From the NCBI RefSeq assembly GCF_009914755.1, contig NC_060925.1: DNA of 64,000 nucleotides; one strand, 5' to 3'. Under the pieces are notes generated by a model. It did not search any database, was not told the DNA's origin, and worked only from the letters and a program-made list of their open reading frames with translations. Within the stretch, counting starts at the first letter, position 1. Each line of letters starts with the position of its first letter. Of the stretch, positions 25,801 to 42,200 are shown piece by piece. This stretch comes from the human T2T-CHM13v2.0 reference genome, Homo sapiens. The position numbers were made by a program, and so were the translations under genes.

Positions 25801-28800
25801 TACCTATTGATGATGTTTATTTTTGATGCCATTTGATGATGATTACATTCGATTCCATTTGATCATGATTCCATTCGATTCCACTCGATGATTCCATTCG
25901 ATTCCATTCAATGATTATTCCATTTGAGTCGATTCGATGACTCCATTCGATTGTATTCGATGGTGATTGAATTCGAGTCCATGGATTAATCCATTGCATT
26001 CCACTCGATGATTCCATTCGAGTCCATTCGATGATTCTATTCGATTGCATTCGATAATTCCATTCGATTGCATTCGATATATCCATTTGATTCCATTTGA
26101 GGATAATTCCATTTGAGTCCATTCGATGATTGTTCCATTCGATTCTATTCGGTGATTCCATTCGACTTCATTTGATAATGATTCCATTCGAGACCATTCG
26201 ATGATTCTATTCAATTCCATTCCATAATGATTCCATTCGAGTCCATTCAATGATTCCATTCAAGCCCATTCGATGATTCCATCTGATTCCATTCAATGAA
26301 TCCATGCGATTCCATTCTATGATGATTCCATTCATTTCCATCTGATGATGATTCCATTCGATTCCATTCAATGATTCCTTTCGATTCCATTTGATGATGA
26401 TTTCAATCAATTTCATTCGATGATTCCATTCGAATCCATTCGATGATGAGTCCATCCATTTCAATTTCATGATAATTCCATTCGTTTCAATTCGATGGTG
26501 TTTTCATTCGATTCCATTCGATGTTGATTCCATTAGTTTCCATTGGATGATGATTCCATTCGAGTCCATTCAATGATGATCACATTGGATTTCATTCCAT
26601 AATTCTATTCGATTCCATTTGATGATGATTCCATCTGATTCCATTTGATGATCCCATTCGATTCCATTCGATGATGATTCCATTCGTTTCCATCCGATGA
26701 TGATTCCATTCGATTCCGTTCAATGATTATTCCATTCGAGTCCATTCGATGAATCCATTCGATTCCATTCGATGATGATTGCATTCGAGTCCATGAATTT
26801 TTCCATTCCATTCCATTAGATGATTCCATTCGAGTCCGTTCGATGATTCTCTTCGATTCCATTCGATAATTCCGTTTGATTCCGTTTGATGTTGATTCCA
26901 TTCGAGTCCATTCGATGATAATTCCATTCGATTCTATGCGATGATTCCATTCCATTCCATTTGGAGATGGTTCCATTCGAGACCATTCGTTGATTGCATT
27001 CAATTCATTCGATGTTCATTCCATTCAATTCCGTTCAATGATTCCATTAGATTCCATTTGATGATGATTCCATTCGATTCCATTTGATGATGATTCCATT
27101 CGATTCCATTAGATGATGACTCCTTTCATTTCCATTCAATGAGGATTCCATTCGGTTCCATTTGATGATGATTCCTTTGAATTCCGTTTGATGACAATTC
27201 CATTCAATACCAATTGATGATGGTTATTTTGATTCCATTTGATGATGATTACTTTCGATTCCATTTGATCATGATTCCATTCGATTCCACTCGATGATTC
27301 CATTCAATGATGATTCCATTCGAGTTCATTGACTATTCCATTCCATTTCAATCGATGATTCCTTTCAAGTCCATTCGATGATTCTATTCGATTGCATTCG
27401 ATTATTCCATTCGATTGCATTCGATAATTCCATTCGATTCCATTTGAGGATAATTCCATTTGAGTCCATTCGATGATTGTTCCATTCGATTCTATTCGGT
27501 GATTCCATTCGATTCCATTTGATAATGATTCCATTCGAGACCATTCGATGATTCCATTCAATTCCATTCCATAATGATTCCATTCGAGTCCATTCAACGA
27601 TTCCATTCAAGTCCATTCGATGATTCCATCTGATTCCATTCAATGAATCCATGCGATTCCATTCTATGATGATTCCATTCATTTCCATCTGATGATGATT
27701 CCATTCGATTCCATTCAATGATTCCATTCGATTCCATTTGATGATGATTTCAATCAATTTCGTTCGATGATTCCATTCGAATCCATTCGATGATGAGTCC
27801 ATCCATTTCAATTTCATGATAATTCCATTCGTTTCAATACGGTGGTGTTTCCCTTCGATTCCAGTCGATGTTGATTCCATTAGTTTCCATTGGATGATGA
27901 TTCCATTCGAGTCCATTCGATGATGATCACAATGGATTTCATTCCATAATTCTATTCGATTCCATTTGATGATGATTCCATCTGATTCCATTTGATGATT
28001 CCATTCGTTTCCATCCGATGATGATTCCATTCGATTCCGTTCAATGATTATTCCATTCGAGTCCATTCGATGATTCCATTCGATTCCATTCGATGATGAT
28101 TGCATTCGAGTCCATGGATTCTTCCATTCCATTCCATTAGATGATTCCATTCGATTCCATTCGATGATTCTCTTCGATTCCATTCGATAATTCCGTTTGA
28201 TTCCGTTTGATGTTGATTCCATTCGAGTCCATTCGATGATAATTCCATTCGATTCTATGCGATGATTCCATTCCATTCCATTTGGAGATGGCTCCATTCG
28301 AGACCATTCGTTGATTGCATTCAATTCATTCGGTGACGATTCCATTCAATTCCGTTCAGTGATTCCATTAGATTCCATTTGATGATGATTCCATTCGATT
28401 CCATTTGATGATGATTCCATGCGATTCCATTAGATGATGACTCCTTTCATTTCCATTCAATGAGGATTCCATTCGGTTCCATTTGATGATGATTCCTTTG
28501 AATTCCGTTTGATGACAATTCCATTCAATACCAATTGATGATGTTTATTTTTGTTTCCATTTGATGATGATTACATTCGATTCCATTTGATCATGATTCC
28601 ATTCGATTCCACTCGATGATTCCATTCGATTCCATTCAATGATTATTCCATTTGAGTCGATTCGATGACTCCATTCGATTGTATTCGATGGTGATTGAAT
28701 TCGAGTCCATGGATTAATCCATTGCATTCCATTCGATGATTCCATTCGAGTCCATTCGATGATTCTATTCGATTGCATTCGATAATTCCATTCGATTGCA

Positions 28801-31800
28801 TTCGATAAATCCATTTGATTCCATTTGAAGATAATTCCATTTGAGTCCATTCGATGATTATTCCATTCGATTCTATTCGGTGATTCCATTCGACTTCATT
28901 TGATAATGATTCCATTCGAGACCATTCGATGATTCTATTCAATTCCATTCAATAATGATTCCATTCGAGTCCATTCAACGATTCCATTCAAGTCCATTCG
29001 ATGATTCCATCTGATTCCATTCAATGAATCCATGCGATTCCATTCTATGATGATTCCATTCATTTCCATCTGATGATGATTCCATTCGATTCCATTCAAT
29101 GATTCCTTTAGATTCCATTTGATGATGATTTCAATCAATTTCATTCGATGATTCCATTCGAATCCATTCGATGATGAGTCCATCCATTTCAATTTCATGA
29201 TAATTCCATTCGTTTCAATTCGATGGTGTTTCCATTCGATTCCATTCGATGTTGATTCCATTAGTTTCCATTGGATGATGATTCCATTCGAGTCCATTCA
29301 ATGATGATCACATTGGATTTCATTCCATAATTCTATTCGATTCCATTTGATGATGATTCCATCTGATTCCATTTGATGATCCCATTCGATTCCATTCGAT
29401 GATGATTCCATTCGTTTCCATCCGATGATGATTCCGTTCGATTCCGTTCAATGATTATTCCATTCGAGTCCATTCGATGATTCCATTCGATTCCATTGGA
29501 TGATGATTGCATTCGGGTCCATGGATTCTTCCATTCCATTCCATTAGATGATTCCATTCGAGTCCGTTCGATGATTCTCTTCGATTCCATTCGATAATTC
29601 CGTTTGATTCCTTTTGATGTTGATTCCATTCGAGTCCATTCGATGATAATTCCATTCGATTCTATGCGATGATTCCATTCCATTCCATTTGGAGATGGCT
29701 CCATTCGAGACCACTCGTTGATTGCATTCAATTCATTCGATGACGATTCCATTCAATTCCGTTCAGTGATTCCATTAGATTTCATTTGATGATGATTCCA
29801 TTCGATTCCATTTGATGATGATTCCATGCGATTCCATTAGATGATGACTCCTTTCATTTCCATTCAATGAGGATTATATTCGGTTCCATTTGATGATGAT
29901 TCCTTTGAATTCCATTTGATGACAATTCCATTCAATACCAATTGATGATGTTTATTTTTGATTCCATTTGATGATGATTACTTTCGATTCCATTTGATCA
30001 TGATTCCATTCGATTCCACTCGATGATTCCATTCGATTCCATTCAATGATTATTCCATTTGAGTCGATTCGATGACTCCATTCGATTTTATTCGATGGTG
30101 ATTGAATTCGAGTCCATGGATTAATCCATTGCATTCCACTCGACGATTCCATTCGAGTCCATTCGATGATTCTATTCGATTGCATTCGATAATTCCATTC
30201 GATTGCATTCGATAAATCCATTTGATTCCATTTGAGGATAATTCCATTTGAGTCCATTCGATGATTGTTCCATTCGATTCTATTCGGTGATTCCATTCGA
30301 CTTCATTTGATAATGATTCCATTCGAGACCATTCGATGATTCTATTCAATTCCATTCAATAATGATTCCATTCGAGTCCATTCAACGATTCCATTCAAGT
30401 CCATTCGATGTTTCCATCTGATTTCACTCAATGAATCCATTCGATTCCATTCTATGATGATTCCATTCATTTCCATCTGATGATGATTCCATTCGATTCC
30501 ATTCAATGATTCCTTTCGATTCCATTTGATGACGATTTCAATCAATTTCATTCGATGATTCCATTCGAATCCATTCGATGATGAGTCTATCCATTTCAAT
30601 TTCATGATAATTCCATTCGTTTCAATTCGATGGTGTTTCCATTCGATTCCATTCGATGTTGATTCCATTAGTTTCCATTGGATGATGATTCCATTCGAGT
30701 CCATTCAATGATGATCACATTGGATTTCATTCCATAATTCTATTCGATTCCATTTGATGATGATTCCATCTGATTCCATTTGATGATCCCATTCGATTCC
30801 ATTCGATGATGATTCCATTCGTTTCCATCCGATGATGATTCCATTCGATTCCGTTCAATGATTATTCCATTCGAGTCCATTCGATGATTCCATTCGATTC
30901 CATTCGATGATGATTGCATTCGAGTCCATGGATTCTTCCATTCCATTCCATTAGATGATTCCATTCGAGTCCGTTCGATGATTCTCTTCGATTCCATACG
31001 ATAATTCCGTTTGATTCCTTTTGAGGTTGATTCCATTCGAGTCCATTCGATGATAATTCCATTCGATTCTATGCGATGATTCCATTCCATTCCATTTGGA
31101 GGTGGTTCCATTCGAGACCATTCGCTGATTGCATTCAATTCATTCGATGTCCATTCCATTCAATTCCGTTCAATGATTCCATTAGATTCCATTTGATGAT
31201 GATTCCATTCGATTCCATTTGATGATGATTCCATGCGATTCCATTAGATGATGACTCCTTTCATTTCCATTCAATGAGGATTCCATTCGGTTCCATTTGA
31301 TGATGATTCCTTTGAATTCCATTTGATGACAATTCCATTCAATACCAATTGATGATGTTTATTTTTGATTCCATTTTATGGTGATTACATTCGATTCCAT
31401 TTGATCATGATTCCATTCGATTCCACTCGATGATTCCATTCGATTCCATTCAATGATTATTCCATTTGAGTCGATTCGATGACTCCATTCGATTGTATTC
31501 GATGGTGATTGAATTCGAGTCCATGGATTAATCCAATGCATTCCACTCGATGATTCCATTCGAGTCCATTCGATGATTCTATTCGATTGCATTCGATAAT
31601 TCCATTCGATTGCATTCGATAAATCCATTTGATTTCATTTGAGGATAATTCCATTTGAGTCCATTCGATGATTGTTCCATTCGATTCTATTCGGTGATTC
31701 TATTCGACTTCATTTGATAATGATTCCATTCGAGACCATTCGATGATTCTATTCAATTCCATTCAATAATGATTGCATTCGAGTCCATTCAACGATTCCA

Positions 31801-32565
31801 TTCAAGTCCATTCGATGATTCCCTCTGATTTCACTCAATGAATCCATTCGATTCCATTCTATGATGATTCCATTCATTTCCACCTGATGATGATTCCATT
31901 CGATTCCATTCAATGATTCCTTTCGATTCCATTTGATGATGATTTCAATCAATTTCATTCGATGATTCCATTCGAATCCATTCGATGATGAGTCCATCCA
32001 TTTCAATTTCATGATAATTCCATTCGTTTCAATTCGATGGTGTTTCCATTCGATTCCATTCGATGTTGATTCCATTAGTTTCCATTGGATGATGATTCCA
32101 TTCGAGTCCATTCAATGATGATCACATTGGATTTCATTCCGTAATTCTATTCGATTCCATTTGATGATGATTCCATCTGATTCCATTTGATGATCCCATT
32201 CGATTCCATTCGATGATGATTCCATTCGTTTCCATCCGATGATGATTCATTCGATTCCGTTCAATGATTATTCCATTCGAGTCCATTCGATGATTCCATT
32301 CGATTCCATTCGATGATGATTGCATTCGAGTCCATGGATTCTTCCATTCCATTCCATTAGATGATTCCATTCGAGTCCGTTCGATGATTCTCTTCGATTC
32401 CATTCGATAATTCCGTTTGATTCCGTTTGATGTTAATTCCATTCGAGTCCATTCGATGATAATTCCATTCGATTCTATGCGATGATTCCATTCCATTCCA
32501 TTTGGAGGTGGTTCCATTCGAGACCATTCGTTGATTGCATTCAATTCATTCGATGACGATTCCAT

Positions 32566-35500
32566 TCAATTCCGTTCAATGATTCCATTAGACTCCATTT
32601 GATGATGATTCCATGCGATTCCATTAGATGATGACTCCTTTCATTTCCATTCAATGAGGATTCCATTCGGTTCCATTTGATGATGATTCCTTTGAATTCC
32701 GTTTGATGACAATTCCATTCAATACCAATTGATGATGGTTATTTTTGATTCCATTTGATGATGATTACTTTCGATTCCATTTGATCATGATTCCATTCGA
32801 TTCCACTCGATGATTCCATTCAATGATGATTCCATTCGAGTTCATTGACTATTCCATTCCATTTCAATCGATGATTCCTTTCAAGTCCATTCGATGATTC
32901 TATTCGATTGCATTCGATTATTCCATTCGATTGCATTCGATAATTCCATTCGATTCCATTTGAGGATAATTCCATTTGAGTCCATTCGATGATTGTTCCA
33001 TTCGATTCTATTCGGTGATTCCATTCGATTCCATTTGATAATGATTCCATTCGAGACCATTCGATGATTCCATTCAATTCCATTCAATAATGATTCCATT
33101 CGATTCCATTCAATGATTCCATTCAAGTCCAGTCGATGATTCCATCTGATTCCATTCAATGAATCCACTCGATTCCATTCTATGATGATTCCATTCATTT
33201 CCATCTGATGATGATTCCATTCGATTCCATTCAATGATTCCATTCGATTCCATTTGATGATGATTTCAATCAATTTCATTCGATGATTCCATTCGAATCC
33301 ATTCGATGAAGAGTCCATCCATTTCAATTTCATGATAATTCCATTCGTTTCAATTCGATGGAGTTTCCATTCGATTCCATTCGATGATGATTCCATTAGT
33401 TTCCATTGGATGATGATTCCATTCGAGTCCAATCGATGATGATCACAATGGATTTCATTCCATAATTCTATTTGATTCCATTTGATGATGATTCCATCTG
33501 ATTCCATTTGATAATTCCATTCGTTTCCATCCGATGATGATTCCATTCGATTCCATTCAATGATTATTCCATTCGAGTCCATTCAATGATTCCATTCGAT
33601 TCCATTCGATGATGATTGCATTCGAGACCATGGATTCTTCCATTCCATTCCATTAGATGATTCCATTCGAGTCCATTCGATGATTCTCTTCGATTCCATT
33701 CGATAATTCCGTTTGATTCCGTGTGATGTTGATTCCATTCGAGTCCATTCGATGATAATTCCATTCGATTCTATGCGATGATTCCATTCCATTCCATTTG
33801 GAGGTGGTTCCATTCGAGACCATTCATTGATTGCATTCAATTCATTCGATGACGATTTCATTCAATTCCGTTCAATGATTCCATTCGATTCCATTTGATG
33901 ATGATTCCATGCGATTCCATTAGATGATGACTCCTTTCATTTCCATTCAATGAGGATTCCATTCGGTTCCATTTGATGATGATTCCTTTGAATTCCATTT
34001 GATGACAATTCCATTCAATACCAATTGATGATGGTTATTTTGATTCCATTTGATGATTTTTACTTTTGCTTCCATTAGATTATGATTCCATTCGATTCCA
34101 CTCGATGATTCCATTCAATGATGATTCCATTCGAGTTCATTGACTATTCCATTCCATTTCAATCGATGATTCCTTTCAAGTCCATTCGATGATTCTGTTC
34201 GATTGCATTCGATTATTCCATTCGATTGCATTCGATAATTCCATTCGATTCCATTTGAGGATAATTCTACTTGAGTCCATTCGATGATTGTTCCATTCGA
34301 TTCTATTCGGTGATTCCATTCGATTCCATTTGATAATGATTCCATTCGAGACCATTCGATGATTCCATTCAATTCCATTCAATAATGATTCCATTCGAGT
34401 CCATTCAATGATTCCATTCAAGTCCATTCGATGATTCCATCTGATTCCATTCAATGAATCCATGCGATTCCATTCTATGATGATTCCATTCATTTCCATC
34501 TGATGATGATTCCATTCGATTCCATTCAATGATTCCATTCGATTCCATCTGATGATGATTTCAATCAATTTCATTCGATGATTCCATTAGAATCCATTCG
34601 ATGATGATTCCATCCATTTCAATTTCATGATAATTCCATTCGTTTCAATTCGATGGATTTTCCATTCGATTCCATTCGATGTTGATTCCATTAGTTTCCA
34701 TTGGATGATGATTCCATTCGAGTCCATTCGATGATGATCACAATGGATTTCATTCCATAATTCTATTCGATTCCATTTGATGATGATTCCATCTGATTCC
34801 ATTTGGTGATTCCATTCGTTTCCATCCGATGATGATTCCTTTCGATTCCGTTCAATGATTATTCCATTCGAGTCCATTCTATGATTCCATTCGATTCCAT
34901 TCGATGATGATTGCATTCGAGACCATGGATTCTTCCATTCCATTCCATTAGATGATTCCATTCGAGTCCATTCGATGATTCTCTTCGATTCCATTCGATA
35001 ATTCCGTTTGATTCCGTATGATGTTGATTCCATTCGAGTCCATTCAATGATAATTCCATTCGATTCTATGCGATGATTCCATTCCTTTCCATTTGGAGGT
35101 GGTTCCATTCGAGACCATTCGTTGATTGCATTCAATTCATTCGATGACGATTCCATTCAATTCCGTTCAATGATTCCATTAGATTCCATTTGATGATGAT
35201 TCCATTCGATTCCATTTGATGATGATTCCATGCGATTCCATTAGATGATGACTCCTTTCATTTCCATTCAATGAGGATTCCATTCGGTTCCATTTGATGA
35301 TGATTCCTTTGAATTCCATTTGATGACAATTCCATTCAATACCAATTGATGATGTTTATTTTTGATTCCATTTGATGACGATTACATTCGATTCCATTTG
35401 ATCATGATTCCATTCGATTCCACTCGATGATTCCATTCGATTCCATTCAATGATTATTCCATTTGAGTCGATTCGATGACTCCATTCGATTGTATTCGAT

Positions 35501-38500
35501 GGTGATTGAATTCGAGTCCATGGATTAATCCATTGCATTCCATTCGATGATTCCATTCGACTCCATTCGATGATTCTATTCGATTGCATTCGATAATTCC
35601 ATTCGATTGCATTCGATAAATCCATTTGATGCCATTTGCGGATAATTCCATTTGAGTCCATTCGATGATTGTTCCATTCGATTCTATTCGGTGATTCCAT
35701 TCGACTTCATTTGATAATGATTCCATTCGAGACCATTCGATGATTCTATTCAATTCCATTCAATAATGATTCCATTCTAGTCCATTCAACGATTCCATTC
35801 AAGCCCATTCGATGATTCCATCTGATTCCATTGAATGATTCCATGCGATTCCATTCTATGATGATTCCATTCATTTCCATCTGATGATGATTCCATTCGC
35901 TTCCATTCAATGATTCCTTTCGATTCCATTTGATGATGATTTCAATCAATTTCATTCGATGATTCCATTCGAATCCATTCGATGATGAGTCCATCCATTT
36001 CAATTTCATGATAATTCCATTCGTTTCAATTCGATGGTGTTTCCATTCGATTCCATTCGATGTTGATTCCATTAGTTTCCATTGGATGATGATTCCATTC
36101 GAGTCCATTCAATGATGATCACATTGGATTTCATTCCATAATTCTATTCGATTCCATTTGATGATGATTCCATCTGATTCCATTTGATGATCCCATTCGA
36201 TTCCATTCGATGATGATTCCATTCGTTTCCATCCGATGATGATTCATTCGATTCCGTTCAATGATTATTCCATTCGAGTCCATTCGATGATTCCATTCGA
36301 TTCCATTCGATGATGATTGCATTCGAGTCCATGGATTCTTCCATTCCAATCCATTAGATGATTCCATTCGAGTCCGTTCGATGATTCTCTTCGATTCCAT
36401 TCGATAATTCCGTTTGATTCCGTTTGATGTTGATTCCATTCGAGTCCATTCGATGATAATTCCATTCGATTCTATGCGATGATTCCATTCCATTCCATTT
36501 GGAGGTGGTTCCATTCCAGACCATTCGTTGATTGCATTCAATTCATTCGATGACGATTCCATTCAATTCCGTTCAATGATTCCATTAGACTCCATTTGAT
36601 GATGATTCCATGCGATTCCATTAGATGATGACTCCTTTCATTTCCATTCAATGAGGATTCCATTCGGTTCCATTTGATGATGATTCCTTTGAATTCCGTT
36701 TGATGACAATTCCATTCAATACCAATTGATGATGGTTATTTTTGATTCCATTTGATGATGATTACTTTCGATTCCATTTGATCATGATTCCATTCGATTC
36801 CACTCGATGATTCCATTCAATGATGATTCCATTCGAGTTCATTGACTATTCCATTCCATTTCAATCGATGATTCCTTTCATGTCCATTCGATGATTCTAT
36901 TCGATTGCATTCGATTATTCCATTCGATTGCATTCGATAATCCCATTCGATTCCATTTGAGGATAATTCCATTTGAGTCCATTCGAAGATTGTTCCATTC
37001 GATTCTATTCGGTGATTCCATTCGATTCCATTTGATAATGATTCCATTCGAGACCATTCGATGATTCCATTCAATTCCATTCAATAATGATTCCATTCGA
37101 GTCCATTCAATGATTCCATTCAAGTATATTCGATGATTCCATCTGATTCCATTCAATGAATCCATTCGATTCCATTCTATGATGATTCCATTCATTTCCA
37201 TCTGATGATAATTCCAGTCGATTCCATTCAATGATTCCATTCGATTCCATTTGATGATGATTTCAATCAATTTCATTCGATGATTCCATTCGAATCCATT
37301 CGATGATGAGTCCATCCATTTCAATTTCATGATAATTCCATTCGTTTCAATTCGATGGTGTTTCCATTCGATTCCATTCGATGTTGATTCCATTAGTTTC
37401 CATTGGATGATGATTCCATTCGAGTCCATTCGATGATGATCACAATGGATTTCATACCATAATTCTATTTGATTCCATTTTATGATGATTCCATCTGATT
37501 CCATTTGATGATTCCATTCGTTTCCATCCTATGATGATTCAATTCGATTCTGTTCAATGATTATTCCATTGGAGTCCATTCGATTATTCCATTCGATTCC
37601 ATGCTATGATGATTGCATTCGAGTCCATGGATTCTTCCATTCCATTCCATTAGATGATTCCATTCGAGTCCATTCGATGATTCTCTTCGATTACATTCGA
37701 TAATTCCGTTTGATTCCGTTTGATGTTCATTCCATTCGAGTCCATTCGATGATAATTCCATTCGATTCTATGCGAAGATTCCATTCCATTCCATTTGGAG
37801 GTGGTTCCATTCGAGACCATTCGTTGATAGCATTCAATTCATTCGATGACGAATCCATTCAATTCCGTTCAATGATTCCATTCGATTCCATTTGATGATG
37901 ATTCCATGCGATTCCATTAGATGATGACTCCCTTCATTTCCATTCAATGAGGATTCCATTCGGTTCCATTTGATGATGATTCCTTTGAATTCCATTTGAT
38001 GACAATTCCATTCAATACCAATTGATGATGTTTATTTTTGATTCCATTTGATGATGATTACATTCGATTCCATTTGATCATGATTCTGTTCGATTCCACT
38101 CGATGATTCCATTCGATTCCATTCAATGGTTATTCCATTTCAGTCGATTCGATGACTCCATTCGATTGTATTCGATGGTGATTGAATTCGAGTCCATGGA
38201 TTAATCCATTGCATTCCACTCGATGATTCCATTCGAGTCCATTCGATGATTCTATTCGATTGCATTCGATAATTCCATTCGATTGCCTTCGATAAATCGA
38301 TTTGATTCCATTTGAGGATAATTCCATTTGAGTCCATTCGATGATTGTTCCGTTCGATTCTATTCGGTGATTCCATTCGACTTCATTTGATAATGATTCC
38401 ATTCGAGACCATTTGATGATTCTATTCAATTCCATTCAATAATGATTCCATTCGAGTCCATTCAACGATTCCATTCAAGTCCATTCCATGATTCCATCTG

Positions 38501-39216
38501 ATTCCATTCAATGAATCCATTCGATTCCATTCTATTATGATTCCATTCATTTCCATCTGATGATGATTCCATTCGATTCCATTCAATGATTCCTTTCGAT
38601 TCCATTTGATGATGATTTCAATCAATTTCATTCGATGATTCCATTCGAATCCATTCGATGATGAGTCCATCCATTTCAATTTCATGATAATTCCATTCGT
38701 TTCAATTCGATGGTGTTTCCATTCGATTCCATTCGATGTTGATTCCATTAGTTTCCATTGGATGATGATTCCATTCGAGTCCATTTGATGATGATCACAA
38801 TAGATTTCATTCCATAATTCTATTCGATTCCATTTGATGATGATTCCATCTGATTCCATTTGATGATCCTATTCGATTCCATTCGATGATGATTCCATTC
38901 GTTTCCATCCGATGATGATTCCATTCGATTCCGTTCAATGATTATTCCATTCGATTCCATTCGATGATGATTGCATTCGAGTCCATGGATTCTTCCATTC
39001 CATTCCATTAGACGATTCCATTCGAGTCCGTTCGATGATTCTCTTCGATTCCATTCGATAATTCTGTTTGATTCCGTTTGATGTTGATTCCATTAGAGTC
39101 CATTCGATGATAATTCCATTCGATTCTATGCGATGATTCAATTCCATTCCATTTGGAGGTGGTTCCATTCGAGACCATTCGTTGATTGCATTCAATTCAT
39201 TCGATGACGATTCCAT
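32566..39216 (+). repeat. Block of 26-bp-deleted units (1296, 1295, 1296, 1358 bp) around one intact 1406-bp A unit, with a 3997-bp period
   Basis: Landmarks 32565, 33861, 35156, 36562, 37858, 39216. The TTAGACTCC variant with its 26-bp deletion recurs at ~32591 and ~36588. Confidence 0.82.
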
Positions 39217-42200
39217 TCAATTCCGTTCAATGATTCCATTAGATTCCATTTGATGATGATTCCATTCGATTCCATTTGATGATGATTCCATGCGATTCCA
39301 TTAGATGATGACTCTTTCATTTCCATTCAAGGAGGATTCCATTCGGTTCCATTTGATGATGATTCCTTTGAATTCCGTTTGATGACAATTCCATTCAATA
39401 CCAATTGATGATGGTTATTTTTGATTCCATTTGATGATGATTATTTTCGATTCCATTTGATCATGATTCCATTCGATTCCACTCGATGACTCCATTCAAT
39501 GATGATTCCATTCGAGTTCATTGACTATTCCATTCCATTTCAATCGATGATTCCTTTCAAGTCCATTCGATGATTCTATTCGATTGTATTCGATTATTCC
39601 ATTCGATTGCATTCGATAATTCCATTCGATTCCATTTGAGGATAATTCCATTTGAGTCCATTCGATGATTGTTCCATTCGATTCTATTCGGTGATTCCAT
39701 TCGATTCCATTTGATAATGATTCCGTTCGAGGCCATTCGATGATTCCATTCAATTCCATTCCATAATGATTCCATTCGAGTCCATTCAATGATTCCATTC
39801 AAGTCCATTCGATGATTCCATCTGATTCCATTCAATGAATCCATTCGATTCCATTCTATGATGATTCCATTCATTTCCATCTGATGATGATTCCATTCGA
39901 TTCCATTCAATGATTCCATTCGATTCCATTTGATGATGATTTCAATCACTTTCATTCGATGATTCCATTCGAATCCATTCGATGATGAGTCCATCCATTT
40001 CAATTTCATGATAATTCCATTCGTTTCAATTCGATGGTGTTTCCATTTGATTCCATTCGATGTTGATTCCATTAGTTTCCATTGGATGATGATTCCATTC
40101 GAGTCCATTCGATGATGATCACAATGGATTTCATTCCATAATTCTATTCGATTCCATTTGATGATGATTCCATCTGATTCCATTCGATGATTCCATTCGT
40201 TTCCATCCGATGATGATTCCATTCGATTCCGTTCAATGATTATTCCATTCGAGTCCATTCGATGATTCCATTCGATTCCATTCGATGATGATTCCATTCG
40301 AGTCCATGGATTCTTCCATTCCATTCCATTAGATGGTTCCATTCGAGACCATTCGATGATTCTCTTCGATTCCATTCGATAATTCCGTTTGATTCCGTTT
40401 GATGTTGATTCCATTCGAGTCCATTCGATGATAATTCCATTTGATTCTATGCGATGATTCCATTCCATTCCATTTTGAGGTGGTTCCATTCGAGACCATT
40501 CGTTGATTGCATTCAATTCATTCGATGACGATTCCATTCAATTCCGTTCAATGATTCCATTAGATTCCATTTGATGATGATTCCATTCGATTCCATTTGA
40601 TGATGATTCCATGCGATTCCATTAGATGATGACTCCTTTCATTTCCATTCAATGAGGATTCCATTCGGTTCCATTTGATGATGATTCCTTTGAATTCAAT
40701 TTGATGACAATTCCATTCAATACAAATTCATGATGGTTATTTTTGATTCCATTTGATGATGATTACATTCGATTCCATTTGATCATGATTCCATTCGATT
40801 CCACTGGATGATTCCGTTCGATTCCATTCAATGATTATTCCATTTGAGTCGATTCGATGACTCCATTCGATTGTATTCGATGGTGATTGAATTCGAGTCC
40901 ATGGATTAATCCATTGCATTCCATTCGATGATTCCATTCGAGTCCATTCGATGATTCTATTCGATTGCATTCGATAATTTCATTCAATTGCATTCGATAA
41001 ATCCATTTGATTCCATTTGAGGAGAATTCCATTTGAGTCCATTCGATGATTGTTCCATTCGATTCTATTCGGTGATTCCATTCGACTTCATTTGATAATG
41101 ATTCCATTCGAGACCATTCGATGATTCCATTCAATTCCATTCAATAATGATTCCATTCGAGTCCATTCAACGATTCCATTCAAGTCCATTCGATGATTCC
41201 ATCTGATTCCATTCAATGAATCCATTCGATTCCATTCTATGATGACACCATTCATTTCCATCTGATGATGATTCCATTCGATTCCATTCAATGATTCCAT
41301 TCGATTCCATTTGATGATGATTTCAATCAATTTCATTCGATGATTCCATTCGAATCCATTCGATGATGAGTCCATCCATTTCAATTTCATGATAATTCCA
41401 TTCGTTTCAATTCGATGGAGTTTCCATTCGATTCCATTCGATGTTGATTCCATTAGTTTCCATTGCATGATGATTCCATTCGAGTCCATTTGATGATGAT
41501 CACAATGGATTTCATTCCATAATTCTATTCGATTCCATTTGATGATGATTCCATCTGATTCCATTTGATGATCCCATTCGATTCCATCCGATGATGATTC
41601 CATTCGATTCCGTTCAATGATTATTCCATTCGAGTCCATTCGATGATTCCATTCGATTCCATTCGATGATGATTGCATTCGAGTCCATGGATTCTTCCAT
41701 TCCATTCCATTAGATGATTCCATTCGAGTCCGTTCGATGATTCTCTTCGATTCCATTCGATAATTCCGTTTGATTCCGTTTGATGTTGATTCCATTCGAG
41801 TCCATTCGATGATAATTCCATTCGATTCTACGCCATGATTCCATTCCATTCCATTTGGAGATGGTTCCATTCGAGACCATTCGTTGATTGCATTCAATTC
41901 ATTCGATGACGATTCCATTCAATTCCGTTCAATGATTCCATTAGATTCCATTTGATGATGATTCCATTCGATTCCATTTCATGATGATTCCATGCGATTC
42001 CATTAGATGATGACTTCTTTCATTTCCATTCAATGAGGATTCCATTCGGTTCCATTTGATGATGATTCCTTTGAATTCCGTTTGATGACAATTCCATTCA
42101 ATACCAATTGATGATGGTTATTTTGAGTCCATTTGATGATGATTACTTTCGATTCCATTTGATCATGATTCCATTCGATTCCACTCGATGATTCCATTCA

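Noticed and set aside
37710-37895. The only plus-strand ORF (61 aa)
   Set aside because: It arises from chance loss of TGA stops in the singleton-rich unit and is pure satellite translation.
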